Source: a virus. From it: a DNA stretch of 64,000 bases. The DNA lies in the IMG/VR virus record IMGVR_UViG_3300017963_000024, positions 22,833 through 86,832 of that record, one strand, 5' to 3'. The translations under genes were made by a program, and so were the position numbers. Under the pieces are notes generated by a model. It had not been told where the DNA came from, did no database searches, and worked only from the letters and a program-made list of their open reading frames with translations. Shown here piece by piece: positions 54,022-64,000 of the stretch (position 1 is its first letter; each line of letters begins with the position of its first letter).

Positions 54022-54482
54022 CCGAAAACGAACAAAGAGAAGAAGTGGTCCGAGAGGCCCGGAGTTGGCTGGACACACCTTATCACCATGCCGCAAGGAC
54101 GAAGGGTGTTGGGGTGGATTGCGCCTATCTCCTTCTAAAAGTGTACGAGGCTGTAGGCATTGCTCCTCCGTTTGATCCCGGTCCCTACAAACCGGGATTG
54201 GCAATGTATCTGAAGGGGGAAAGACTGTATAGGAAAGTTTTGTCTTCTTTGGCGCAGCCTGTGAATCGAGAGCCTCTTCCCGGCGATATTCAAGTTTTCC
54301 GCATTCGGGTTGGAAACGCCACACACAATGTCGTTGCCACTCATGGAGGCATTGTGACCGATTGGCCGAAGTTCGTTCATGCTGATGCTGTGCAGCACGC
54401 TGTCAGTGAAGATAATGCTCTTCGTCTTCCTGCTCACGCGACTCTCGCTCAACTTTGGACTCCGAAAGCTTGGGTGATGTGA
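54018..54482 (+). CDS. NlpC/P60 tail-associated peptidase
   Basis: ARSWLDTPYHH...GVDC; PGD; HGGI; VHA. Confidence 0.9.
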   Translation: MTENEQREEVVREARSWLDTPYHHAARTKGVGVDCAYLLLKVYEAVGIAPPFDPGPYKPGLAMYLKGERLYRKVLSSLAQPVNREPLPGDIQVFRIRVGNATHNVVATHGGIVTDWPKFVHADAVQHAVSEDNALRLPAHATLAQLWTPKAWVM

Positions 54483-57400
54483 TGGGTGGGGGAAAGATCA
54501 GCCAGAAAGAACCAGAAGCGCAGGGCCTCCAGCTTCAGACTTCTGTGTACGGGAGAAGCTTGCCTCTTCAGTACGGTCGAAACCGTATTGCTGGAAATCT
54601 CATCTGGACTGGAAATTTCACTCCAGCCCAATTTGTGAACGTCGAGAAGGTTGATGACTTCATAGCGGGGGATGGTTTTGGTGGTGCTCCTCCGGGTAGC
54701 AAGCAGTTTTACTACTTTCTAAGCGCATTCACCGCATTCTGCGAAGGCCCGATTCGTTCTTTTCGACAGGGCTACCGCGAACAAATCCGATCACCCTTCT
54801 CTCCGTATTCTATTGGAAAAGGAAATTATGCTTTCGACCCAGCTATCCTGACGACAGACGATAAAATTCATCTCGTTCACAGTTGGGACATTGCCCACGC
54901 CGATCTGTATGCGTATCGAGGTACTTACGCGCAGCAAGCTTTCTCACAAAATTCGGTAATGGTCCTCAAAATAGATGGCAGTCGGGCGTACATAAATATG
55001 CCCGCTCCAAGCTTGCAGTTGTCCTACTCACGAACGGCTTATATTTCTCGACCTGTGTGGGGTGTGGGCAGCAGTCCTCAGATGCGGAATCTGACTGTCG
55101 AGATCGAAGGTTTGTTTTGCAGCTACGTTGAATACTTGTACGGAGTGAAGGGCATCACGTTCGTAGAGCTTGACGAACCCCGCGATCACTGGTTTCCTTT
55201 CCAGCCTTCTCCAATTCCTGTCTACTGGACGTGGAGAGGGTTCAGCCACATCTGCACAGGTAAAATTTCAACTGTTGATGGGCAACCCGGCGTTCTTAGC
55301 TTTCTTAACACCGACCCTTCCACACACGAGACTCTGGACTACATCTATCTCAACAAAGGAAACATCCAGAGCGTACAAAACTTTCCATCTGGTACTTACG
55401 GAATCGTTCGTGGTGCAGACCCCGCTGATGTAATCATTGACTTCGTAACTCATCCGTATCGAGGGACTGCTGTGCAGATGGGACCTCATCTTGGAAACTT
55501 TGCGCCCTACACATACTACGTTGGTGCAATCGACGTTCCTGTAAATCCTTCTTACATCGAGCCAGTGGCCGCCGCAGACGCAATCGTTGAACTTCTCAAG
55601 ATCACGAACTCTGAAGCCGTGTTCTCCCAAGGCTTTCTGAAAATCATACCAAAGGGCGATCAACAAATTATCCATAGGGACTGGTACGACAATCGTCGGC
55701 GTATGCAGCGAAACTACACGCCGGATTTCATGGACTACAGTGTAAATCCTCCCGTAGTGAAAGCTTTATTCAGTCTGGACGAGGATGATTTCGAGGAAGG
55801 AGACACCGTAATTGAGATTAGTCCTCCAGACTCAGAAGATGTGGTCAACTCTGTTAGCGTCGAATTTGCTGACGCTGAAAACTTTTATCAAACCCGAACA
55901 GTGGACTACACCGATCAAGCATCAGTTCTTGTGTACGGCCTACGCGAGGGTGAAAGTGTTAGAGCTACAATGCTCATCGACGAGGGGACCGCAGGAATCG
56001 TTGCTGCTCTCGTTGGTCAGGAATCGTCGGCTCTCAAAAACAAGTACAGCTTTTCGCTTCCGTGGAAGTTCGTTCTGATAGACCCGATGGACGTTCTCGT
56101 GTTTTCATTTCCAGATTTGGAAATCGAGGACAAAGCTATCCGGGTGCTTACCGTTGAAGAGAACTCAGAGGGGACCTTAGCGATTGAAGCGGAAGAACTT
56201 CTTACTGGACATAGTAGTTCGTACCTGTACGAGCATGAGGGGCCTCAGACAGAACTTCCAGACTACAACGCCGAACCGGGCAACGTAACTCGTCCATTCA
56301 TCTTCGAGCCTCCGTATCACCTCTCGAAAGGCCAGTTCTCAATTTGGATTGCTGCGGCAGGAGAAAGCCCGAATTGGGGTGGAGCAACTCTAAAGCTTTC
56401 TGAGGATGACGGAATTGAGTACAACGCTGTAGGCACTGTTTTGCCTACGGCGGGTCTTGGCTACCTTATTTCTGATTTTACCGAGGGCTACACGGAAGAA
56501 ATAGTCAGGGGGATAACAGTCTACAAGGCTACGGATGCCTCCATTGACATTCAACTTCTGACTCCGAGAATGGAGCTTCCGACATTCGACGAGTACCAGG
56601 CGGTGAATTTCAATCTCCCCTTCATTCTTGGAAACCGAAATCGCTTCGAGATTCTCTCGTATGAAGGTGCAGAACTGATCTATACCGATGATGACGGGAG
56701 AAATAGGTACAGGCTAACCAACATCTACCGAAAAGGTTTTGGAACAGAAGCGATCCAGCACTTTCTAGGCAGCAGCACATTTGCAATGCTGGGGTCGAAC
56801 GTCATCAAGATTCCAATCACAAAGCGATACGCTAACAAAACTTTGAAGTTCAAGTTCGTTAGTTGGAACACCTACAATGCCGCTCGTCAGGTCGAGACTG
56901 ATGTTGACGACTTTTCTTTCCGAGCAACCGGAAAGAAGTTCGCCATCGGCGCACCTATCCCAAAGAGGCTGACAGCGGAGTACAACGATAGACGTGGAAG
57001 CTTGGAACTACAGTGGAAGCAACTGGATTTTGTTGCGAACCGCCCCGGCTTGTTCGTGGAAATCAGAAAAGCTCCTTTACAAGTTCCTCAAAAGCTTTTA
57101 GACATCTTTCCCGGTTTGGATGTAACTGATCCCACGTCTTTATGGACAGTCGCAGCGCGACTCGGCTACACGCATGAGCCAAACTTTAAGGTGCAAGGGG
57201 ATGGTGTCTACCTTGTTGCCCTCCGTTGTGGTGATCCTGTTGATGCCGAGCTTTCTGATATTGAGGGAACTCCAGCGGCATACGGTGTTCCTGCCGATCT
57301 GGTGATTGAAGGTACAGAAAACGTTGTTGGCGAGAATACCATCGTTTCCCGTCAGGAAGTTCCTGTTTCTGACAATAACTATGACTACGAAGCTTTGGCA

Positions 57401-59680
57401 GATGCGGACGAACCTGCATTGTGGTTGCAGATGGGTGATCGTCCTCTTGTTGAACCGGGAATCCTTGAGGAACTAACGGACGAGCCTTTCGTTGACGCTG
57501 AGTACAAGACCTACGGATCGGCAACGATTGAGTTTCGTGCCGTAAAACGTGTGTTTGACACTCTCAGAGAGCGGACGGTAAAGTTTCAGCCTACCGATAC
57601 AAGTGTAACTGGATGCTGGATGGAGTTTCCAAACACAGATGGACTCCTAGACTTTCCCGACGCTGATTGGAGTGTCCTCATCTGGTGTGCTCCTGAAACA
57701 GGAAGCGCCGAACCTGCATTGTTGTTCGGTCGTGAGGAAGGCTCTTGGATCAAAGTCGATCATATCGCTAAGACGATCACTTGGCAGTCTGACGTTGATA
57801 CTCCTGTTCAGACAGCCCCTTGGAATTTCAGTGAAGGGGATTTCCATCTAATTGTAGTCGCTTATGACTACAGCAGACAGCGACTCTTTGTGTTCGACAA
57901 TGATAAGCGGGCTGCTCTCTTCGAGAATGTCATCATCACGAAGAAGACGGGTGCTGTGTACGTCGGAGCACGAGGCTGGCTCACGAGTGGAATGCAGTCC
58001 TTCAAGGGAAATCTCTACGGATTTTCTTTCCACCATGAGCGTATTAGACTTGCGAGTATTGAAACTCTCGTCACAGCAACTCGATTGAGCGCGGATCTCT
58101 ACCATCGGCGTTTGAACCGACTCAGTCAGGTCGCTTATGCCCGGACGCAGGAAAAGCCTGAAGGAACAATGGTAGATCGGTCACCCATCGGAGACGGTGG
58201 CTATCTCGATCTCAATCCTGAATTGCCTCTCGCTGTTGGACTCGTGCAGGGTGCGGAAGACGAAGCACGACTGGTAGACGGCACGTTCAACCGATTTTGG
58301 GGCATAAATCAACGGATTCGGAACATTACCACTGAATTCACGATGATGTGCCTTGTTCGCCTGACTGCGGTAGATAAGGAACAATACCTCTTTCATTGGG
58401 GGGACTATGGTGGTGGAGATGATGCTGTAGAATTCTACATTAGTGCCGCCAATTATCTTGAAGTAACAATCACAGACCAGCCGGGAACAACAAGCCTCAC
58501 ATGGGACTCGATAGGTTCTGGCATTCAGCTTGAAGCTGGCAAAGTTTACCATCTCGCTGCAACCTACAACTACAATAATGTCGGAGTGCGGGGCAGAATC
58601 TTTATCAACGGACGTGTGGTAAGCGAAGAGGTAAGTGGCCTCATCATAGGAGGTACTTTTCCGTATTGCTCTTCAAACTTCATAGCCTCGAAGACTGATG
58701 GAACTTCAAAGCTTGATGGTATTCTCGATGAGCCTATGGTGTTTACGAAGGAACTTACTCCAAACAGAATCCGAGAGTACGCCGAGCAAGCCTTGCAGTC
58801 TAACGTCTACCAGAATCTCCGACTGACAGAAGAAGGCTACGTCTCAGCGTTGCCAAACACCGAAGGAATCTTCGCTCCGAACTACACTCTTTCTCTGAGC
58901 AGCGGCCCCGACACTGTTCAGTTCTCCAGCACGTTTGATCTGGTGCCTCTACCTGAAGAACAGTTTCTCCTGTTTTCCACTATCCGACTGATGCCAGAAA
59001 TCGGACGGGTAGACCCTGTTCAGCACATTCGAGGGAATCCGATTCTGAAGACATCGTTGATGGACTACCAGACGCCTTACTACGTTTCGGAGGACATCAC
59101 GGTAAACGCTGCTGGTCAATACTTTGAAGACCTGAGTGGGGGCTTTACTCCTCTACCGAAGGCTGGCGAATACTTCCGGGTTATCTATGCTGACAACTTT
59201 GAGAACAGAGGAGAATTCCTTGTCACCGGAACCGAGACAAACCGAATCTACGTGGATGCTCCAAACCTCGTGAACGAGAGTGGATCGGAGATGACCGTTC
59301 AGTGGTACACTGGCTGGAAGGAACTCATTAGTTCTGGAGCCACGTATGGGCGGCATTTTTGGGTAGGCTTTTCTCTTGCCAGTAGTGGGCAGGACTTGGT
59401 AGCCCTCCTTTCAAAGTTTGTCTGGTATGCAGATGTGCCTGACATCGTGAAGAGTGCCACAGCAATCAGCGATGACTCTACCCCTCCGTACTGGACGGCA
59501 GTGACCTACTCCTCTGCTTTTTCGGACGTGCCAAAGCTCATGGGAATCATCCAATCTCCCGATCTAGGAGATACGCTTGAAATCCAGAACGAGACGGCTA
59601 CAGGCTTTGAGTTTCGGGTTGCAACTGTCTATGGAACTTACGTGCAAAAGAGTGTACGCTTCTACGCGAGAGGATTTTGA
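54482..59680 (+). CDS. tail tip / host-specificity protein with LamG domains
   Basis: TS.YG..LP..YG.NRIAGNLIW, CEGPI, N.V.VEF.D, EI..Y; LamG-like segments in the C-terminal half. Confidence 0.85.
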   Translation: MGGGKISQKEPEAQGLQLQTSVYGRSLPLQYGRNRIAGNLIWTGNFTPAQFVNVEKVDDFIAGDGFGGAPPGSKQFYYFLSAFTAFCEGPIRSFRQGYREQIRSPFSPYSIGKGNYAFDPAILTTDDKIHLVHSWDIAHADLYAYRGTYAQQAFSQNSVMVLKIDGSRAYINMPAPSLQLSYSRTAYISRPVWGVGSSPQMRNLTVEIEGLFCSYVEYLYGVKGITFVELDEPRDHWFPFQPSPIPVYWTWRGFSHICTGKISTVDGQPGVLSFLNTDPSTHETLDYIYLNKGNIQSVQNFPSGTYGIVRGADPADVIIDFVTHPYRGTAVQMGPHLGNFAPYTYYVGAIDVPVNPSYIEPVAAADAIVELLKITNSEAVFSQGFLKIIPKGDQQIIHRDWYDNRRRMQRNYTPDFMDYSVNPPVVKALFSLDEDDFEEGDTVIEISPPDSEDVVNSVSVEFADAENFYQTRTVDYTDQASVLVYGLREGESVRATMLIDEGTAGIVAALVGQESSALKNKYSFSLPWKFVLIDPMDVLVFSFPDLEIEDKAIRVLTVEENSEGTLAIEAEELLTGHSSSYLYEHEGPQTELPDYNAEPGNVTRPFIFEPPYHLSKGQFSIWIAAAGESPNWGGATLKLSEDDGIEYNAVGTVLPTAGLGYLISDFTEGYTEEIVRGITVYKATDASIDIQLLTPRMELPTFDEYQAVNFNLPFILGNRNRFEILSYEGAELIYTDDDGRNRYRLTNIYRKGFGTEAIQHFLGSSTFAMLGSNVIKIPITKRYANKTLKFKFVSWNTYNAARQVETDVDDFSFRATGKKFAIGAPIPKRLTAEYNDRRGSLELQWKQLDFVANRPGLFVEIRKAPLQVPQKLLDIFPGLDVTDPTSLWTVAARLGYTHEPNFKVQGDGVYLVALRCGDPVDAELSDIEGTPAAYGVPADLVIEGTENVVGENTIVSRQEVPVSDNNYDYEALADADEPALWLQMGDRPLVEPGILEELTDEPFVDAEYKTYGSATIEFRAVKRVFDTLRERTVKFQPTDTSVTGCWMEFPNTDGLLDFPDADWSVLIWCAPETGSAEPALLFGREEGSWIKVDHIAKTITWQSDVDTPVQTAPWNFSEGDFHLIVVAYDYSRQRLFVFDNDKRAALFENVIITKKTGAVYVGARGWLTSGMQSFKGNLYGFSFHHERIRLASIETLVTATRLSADLYHRRLNRLSQVAYARTQEKPEGTMVDRSPIGDGGYLDLNPELPLAVGLVQGAEDEARLVDGTFNRFWGINQRIRNITTEFTMMCLVRLTAVDKEQYLFHWGDYGGGDDAVEFYISAANYLEVTITDQPGTTSLTWDSIGSGIQLEAGKVYHLAATYNYNNVGVRGRIFINGRVVSEEVSGLIIGGTFPYCSSNFIASKTDGTSKLDGILDEPMVFTKELTPNRIREYAEQALQSNVYQNLRLTEEGYVSALPNTEGIFAPNYTLSLSSGPDTVQFSSTFDLVPLPEEQFLLFSTIRLMPEIGRVDPVQHIRGNPILKTSLMDYQTPYYVSEDITVNAAGQYFEDLSGGFTPLPKAGEYFRVIYADNFENRGEFLVTGTETNRIYVDAPNLVNESGSEMTVQWYTGWKELISSGATYGRHFWVGFSLASSGQDLVALLSKFVWYADVPDIVKSATAISDDSTPPYWTAVTYSSAFSDVPKLMGIIQSPDLGDTLEIQNETATGFEFRVATVYGTYVQKSVRFYARGF

Positions 59681-60489
59681 TGGCACAGGAAGATTTGGTA
59701 ATTGATCCCGGTTTGAACGGGGAAGCCTACACGGAGCAGCTAAACGCTGCGATCCGCTCGTTGTTCACTCTCTACTACGGGGCTGCCGACCCGATCAACA
59801 TTGCCGGAGAAGATAGTGATGAATGGGCACCTGTGGGGCCGGGGGCGATGTGGTGGGACTCCGGTGGCTCTCCTGTTGTGCTCAAAGTCTACGATGGTTC
59901 CGATTGGATCGTAATCGCTCGTCTTGATGGTCTGCCTCACCAGTCTTTACAAGACCTCCTCGATGACAAGATGACCCTTGCTGGTGGCACCATCGAGGAT
60001 GGCGGGAACAGAAACCAGCTTGGAACGAATGGAGTCATTCGAGTTCATTCAAGCTTTTGGCCGTCAAGCGATTATGATCTTGTTCACAAAGCTTACGTGG
60101 ATGCCAAAGCTTATTCGGATTCCGTATCCTTTCTCTTTCAAGGTAACGTGTCGATCACGGAAAACCTCATGGGTAGAGTGCTCGACAAGGAAGGCTTCTG
60201 GAGTGGCATCAGAGTTCGCGTGGGAACCGCCCCGGTTGGTTCTCCCTTGATCGTTCGCGTTTCCCAACTGCCGGGAGAGAATCATCCGAGCGGATTTAGC
60301 GATTCTCCCATTGATTCAGAGACGGCTACTGTTCCGAGTGGGCAGAAATACGTTGATGCTACTTTCTCTTCAATTCAAGTCTACCCCGGAGACATCTTGC
60401 GACTGGACATCGACGACATAGGGGCGACGACCCCCGGAGGAAATGATTTGTACGTCACTTGTACGATTGATCCGAACATTCCGAGTTAG
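59680..60489 (+). CDS. tail-associated hypothetical protein
   Basis: WWDS...LKVYDG..W and K.YVD fiber-like motifs. Confidence 0.6.
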   Translation: MAQEDLVIDPGLNGEAYTEQLNAAIRSLFTLYYGAADPINIAGEDSDEWAPVGPGAMWWDSGGSPVVLKVYDGSDWIVIARLDGLPHQSLQDLLDDKMTLAGGTIEDGGNRNQLGTNGVIRVHSSFWPSSDYDLVHKAYVDAKAYSDSVSFLFQGNVSITENLMGRVLDKEGFWSGIRVRVGTAPVGSPLIVRVSQLPGENHPSGFSDSPIDSETATVPSGQKYVDATFSSIQVYPGDILRLDIDDIGATTPGGNDLYVTCTIDPNIPS

Positions 60490-60498
60490 GGGTGAACC

Positions 60499-63459
60499 AT
60501 GCCAACTTCCTACCCCGGTGCTCTCGATTCCTTCACTGTCAAGTTGAATGATCCCGGCGGTGACGTAGTCTACGCAGAGCACGTCAATGATCTTCAAGAT
60601 GCCATTTCTGCTCTCGAAGCAAAGCTTGGAGTGAACGGAAGTGGCGACACTACCTCGATTGATTACCTTCTGAAAAACCCGGTGTCTCAGGACCCCGGCC
60701 ATCGTCATTCTGTCGCGAGTTTGGACAGCTTTGAAGCCTCGAATCTCGCATACTCGGGGTTGACCTCCGGTCACGCGCTAATGGCAGATTCTCCTACGTC
60801 TGCCGATTTTCGAGCAATCCAAGAAACAGACATTGCCCCCGGTGGCTCGATCTTTGCGAAGGTCGCCAGCAATCATGTCATCACAGGCTACTGGAACTTG
60901 ACGAATCTTGCCGAGTTCACACTCAAGAATGCGGGTGATCCCTATGTTGACCTCGAATACACTCATTTTGGATTTGGCAGTGATGTCATTCTGTATTGGT
61001 GGGCAGGGGCGACAATTGGTGCAGGAGTTCCCGATGTTGGGCTGAGAAGGTCGAACACGGCAACATTGCGTGTGACGTATGCCGACGATGCACCGGGACC
61101 AAATGACATTGCCGATCTCGAACTTGGAAAGCTTTACTTCTACGAGTATGGCGGAAATTACTACAATTCGTTCATTACTTCAGCCAGTGCATCTAGCAGC
61201 TACAATTACACCCTTCCCGTTGGGGGTCCTGTTGCTGACTATTACTTGAAGACTGATGCGCTTGGAAATCTTTCGTGGGCACCCGCTTCAGGCGGAGGTG
61301 TTTCCCCCGGAGGTGCAAACACTCAGGTTCAGTTTAATGACAGTGGAGTTTTTGGTGGAGACTCTGATCTGACGTGGAACAAGACTACCAATGTTCTGAC
61401 TTTGGCGGGAGACGGTACGGTTGATTCACCAAATGTCATCACGGGTGATCTTCAGGTCTACACAGGCGCACAGCAAGTTTTGAGAACTTGGCCGGTTGGC
61501 GGAAGAACAGAGCTAGCTCCTTGGCCGGATACCGAGCAAACCGCATTTACTTGGGGTGGCCTGAAAGTCACGTACAGCTTCAACCCAACAGGCGCTTCTC
61601 TAGTTTACGGTCGAGGTATTTGGTCTTGGACGTACATCGACAATGCTTGTGCTCAAAGCTTTACTAACCCTCTCGATGCAGTCTTTGCCGATATGTGGCA
61701 TCGAGGCACAGGCGCAGCACAGCAATTGAATGCTGTCCGTGCAAGAGCGGACGTTGAATCTGGTGCCACGGTCGTAAATCTCTCGGCCATCAGAGCGGAA
61801 GTGAACATCAACTCAACAACGGTCACAACAGCTTCCGCCATTCGTATTCCAGCTTTTACAGGAGCACAAGCCGCTTCGGCACCTTGGGCTATTCTCCAAG
61901 AAGGACCGGAGTGCAGTGTCTTCGCCGGATGTGCTCGCTTTGGTTCTCTCACAGCCCCGGAACGTCATGTCCATGTGGACGAAGCTTTGAGAATTCAGCC
62001 ACAAGCTTCTCCTCCCGCATCTGCGGCTCTCGGGGACTTCTACGTGGATTCGGACGATAGTAAAGCTTACTTCTACAATGGCTCGACGTGGCAAGCTTTC
62101 ACTGGAGCGGCTGGAGGCCCTGTTCCTTTCAACGATTTAACAGACGCTACAAACACAAACACCCTCAACAATGGAACATACAGCCAATACTGGAATTGGG
62201 GGACACTTGCTGCGCTTGCTTATGGCCTTAGCCTCGCGGCAGGTGGAGGAGCGGACTCCAGCGTTCTAGGCATCACAACAACTTCTTCGGGTATTCGTGG
62301 AATCACGATTGACTGTGCTTCAGGCGGAGGCGACCCTAATACTGGCCTTTGGGTCAACATGGGAACCTCGACCGTTGCTGGGTACGGAATCGAACTCGAA
62401 AGCGGAAACAGTGCTGGGTCAGTTGCCTTCAGGCGTGTAACAATCAATTCTCTAGGCTCTAACCTCCGTCTGGTTGTGAACAACACGGCTGGAAGCGCGG
62501 TTGGAACTCAAACTCAGCACATTCGGTATTACTCCGAAGACACAAGCCACACAGAAACAGAAATGTGCCGTCTCAGTACCGTACATGATGGAGATTGGGA
62601 CAACGCGAAGTTTGAGATTGCTACCCGAAGACTAGGCGGCACAACTGTACTTGCCACGTTCGGAAACGACATTGAGTTCACCCGCCCGCTCACAAAGCTT
62701 CATGGCTTGATTGCTGGGTCGAATTGGGGGACTCCGAGTGCAAACGACGGCAACAACAACATCTCGTTACTGGACACCAGCGAAACAAAGATTCGGATTG
62801 GCGAGCAACAAGTAGGGGCTGCAACCCCATATCAAGTCACACTCTCTTCCGATTCCTACCTTGGTTGGCAAAACAGTCTTGATTGTGATGCGGGCCTTAC
62901 AGCGGTTGGTTTCGAGTACGTTTCTGGTGGAGTCCTCCGCCTGACTGACGGGCAATCCGGTGCGGATTATACCGCAAAGCTTCAATTGCGTGAGATCGAG
63001 TTCTACGATCCAACCGGGCCGACGACGGTTATCCATAAAGCGATTCCCACGGCTGGTGGCTCTGCAACTTACCAGTGGCCTACATCGGCCCCCGCTGGAA
63101 CATTCCTCCGTAACATTGCCGGGGGTGTTCTCCAATGGTCATTGGCGAGCCAGAAGAAAGTCACTGTTGTCACTACAACTTCCTATCTGGCACAGGACAC
63201 GGACGAATTCATTATTGCCGACACTGCTAGTGTGGGCGCGGCGATCACGATCAATCTCCCGACTGCTTCTGGCAGGTCGGGAAAGATGTACTACATCAAG
63301 AATCGAACAACTGGATCGGCTCCTTACTACAACTGCATCATTGACGCCTACTTGACCGAACAGATTGACGGCGCATTAACGACAACAGCAGCCGCAACGT
63401 GGGGCTTCAAGACTATCATTTGCGACGGAACGCGCTGGCTGATTCTCTCGACGAGTTAA
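60499..63459 (+). CDS. tail fiber / receptor-binding-like protein
   Basis: YPGALD...HVNDLQDA..ALE.KLG N-terminus; PGG.NTQVQFN..G.FGG; T.NLP.A...GK.Y.IK C-terminal module. Confidence 0.75.
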   Translation: MPTSYPGALDSFTVKLNDPGGDVVYAEHVNDLQDAISALEAKLGVNGSGDTTSIDYLLKNPVSQDPGHRHSVASLDSFEASNLAYSGLTSGHALMADSPTSADFRAIQETDIAPGGSIFAKVASNHVITGYWNLTNLAEFTLKNAGDPYVDLEYTHFGFGSDVILYWWAGATIGAGVPDVGLRRSNTATLRVTYADDAPGPNDIADLELGKLYFYEYGGNYYNSFITSASASSSYNYTLPVGGPVADYYLKTDALGNLSWAPASGGGVSPGGANTQVQFNDSGVFGGDSDLTWNKTTNVLTLAGDGTVDSPNVITGDLQVYTGAQQVLRTWPVGGRTELAPWPDTEQTAFTWGGLKVTYSFNPTGASLVYGRGIWSWTYIDNACAQSFTNPLDAVFADMWHRGTGAAQQLNAVRARADVESGATVVNLSAIRAEVNINSTTVTTASAIRIPAFTGAQAASAPWAILQEGPECSVFAGCARFGSLTAPERHVHVDEALRIQPQASPPASAALGDFYVDSDDSKAYFYNGSTWQAFTGAAGGPVPFNDLTDATNTNTLNNGTYSQYWNWGTLAALAYGLSLAAGGGADSSVLGITTTSSGIRGITIDCASGGGDPNTGLWVNMGTSTVAGYGIELESGNSAGSVAFRRVTINSLGSNLRLVVNNTAGSAVGTQTQHIRYYSEDTSHTETEMCRLSTVHDGDWDNAKFEIATRRLGGTTVLATFGNDIEFTRPLTKLHGLIAGSNWGTPSANDGNNNISLLDTSETKIRIGEQQVGAATPYQVTLSSDSYLGWQNSLDCDAGLTAVGFEYVSGGVLRLTDGQSGADYTAKLQLREIEFYDPTGPTTVIHKAIPTAGGSATYQWPTSAPAGTFLRNIAGGVLQWSLASQKKVTVVTTTSYLAQDTDEFIIADTASVGAAITINLPTASGRSGKMYYIKNRTTGSAPYYNCIIDAYLTEQIDGALTTTAAATWGFKTIICDGTRWLILSTS

Positions 63460-63472
63460 TCGGAGAAAGCTT

Positions 63473-64000
63473 ATGACGTATGATGACTCTTATCTCTTCG
63501 TGGCGCTCGGGTATGACCCAACCCGGATGCTGAAGAAAGTTGTGGGCGTCAATTGGGATGTTGGCACAAGCTTTGAAGACATTTGGGCTGGAGGTGCCAA
63601 TCTCAATTGGCCTCAAGCGGCTCAAAAATTAGAAATCATCTCAAGTGATGCTGCCGACGACTATGGTTCTGGTGACAATGCGTGGGTTGTTCGCCTTTGC
63701 GGACTGAACGAGAATTGGGAACTCATCAAAGACATCGACGTTCAGCTTCAGGGACTATCAGCGAGCGCACAAACAACAGAGCAGTTTATTCGTGTGCTCG
63801 ATGCAAGGGTGATTCAAGTTGGCTCTTACGGAGCCTCGAACAAAGGAACTCTGACAATTCGTGGAGCGGACGGCTCTACCCTCTTTGGAAAAATCGGAGT
63901 GTCACCTGATGGGGAAGGTACAGGACAACTCCTTTCGTCCGCCTTTACAATCCCCGCCAATTGGACTGGTTTTTTTCTCGGGGGGACGGTCTACGTCGCA
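63473..64000 (+). CDS. 3'-truncated hypothetical phage protein
   Basis: ATG after GGAG RBS; reads G.N.DV....DIW...SSDAAD...GL..NW and runs off the window end. Confidence 0.6.
   Translation, partial: MTYDDSYLFVALGYDPTRMLKKVVGVNWDVGTSFEDIWAGGANLNWPQAAQKLEIISSDAADDYGSGDNAWVVRLCGLNENWELIKDIDVQLQGLSASAQTTEQFIRVLDARVIQVGSYGASNKGTLTIRGADGSTLFGKIGVSPDGEGTGQLLSSAFTIPANWTGFFLGGTVYVA

Noticed and set aside
50593-63459. Diversity-generating retroelement or invertible tail-fiber cassette
   Set aside because: No reverse transcriptase, invertase or near-identical TR/VR repeat pair seen in the window

Overview
This window is a 64-kb slice of a tailed dsDNA bacteriophage genome (siphovirus-type, GTA/lambdoid-like tail tip), and all credible genes lie on the + strand. 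Layout: (1) 1-14.9 kb is a recombination/repair module (UvsY-like, gp32-like SSB, RecA/UvsX, Mre11/SbcD, Rad50/SbcC, resolvase, two HNH endonucleases, pyrimidine-dimer glycosylase-like, SLOG). (2) 14.9-15.4 kb is a non-coding array of palindromic repeats (candidate origin). (3) 15.4-21.1 kb is an array of small-gene cassettes behind six near-consensus sigma70 promoters. (4) 21.2-23.8 kb is a compositionally bizarre island with no GCG/CGC trinucleotide over about 2.3 kb, clustered sigma54 -24/-12 boxes, 14-bp palindromes and shared flanking motifs; it may be the terminal repeat or first-injected DNA. (5) 24-32.8 kb holds small genes, lipoproteins, a tRNA-like hairpin and secreted dockerin/PT-repeat proteins. 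(6) 32.8-64 kb holds packaging, head and tail genes. The most striking signals are a terminase intein carrying a Zn-finger/DUF559(Vsr)-like endonuclease in a different (+1) reading frame with its own Shine-Dalgarno; a roughly 10-fold window-wide excess of the palindrome AAGCTT (manual tally about 160), which also sits inside every early promoter; and the GCG/CGC-free, sigma54-box-flanked island. Protein family calls come from motif recognition only, and no database searches were run. No integrase, DNA polymerase or endolysin was recognised in the window.
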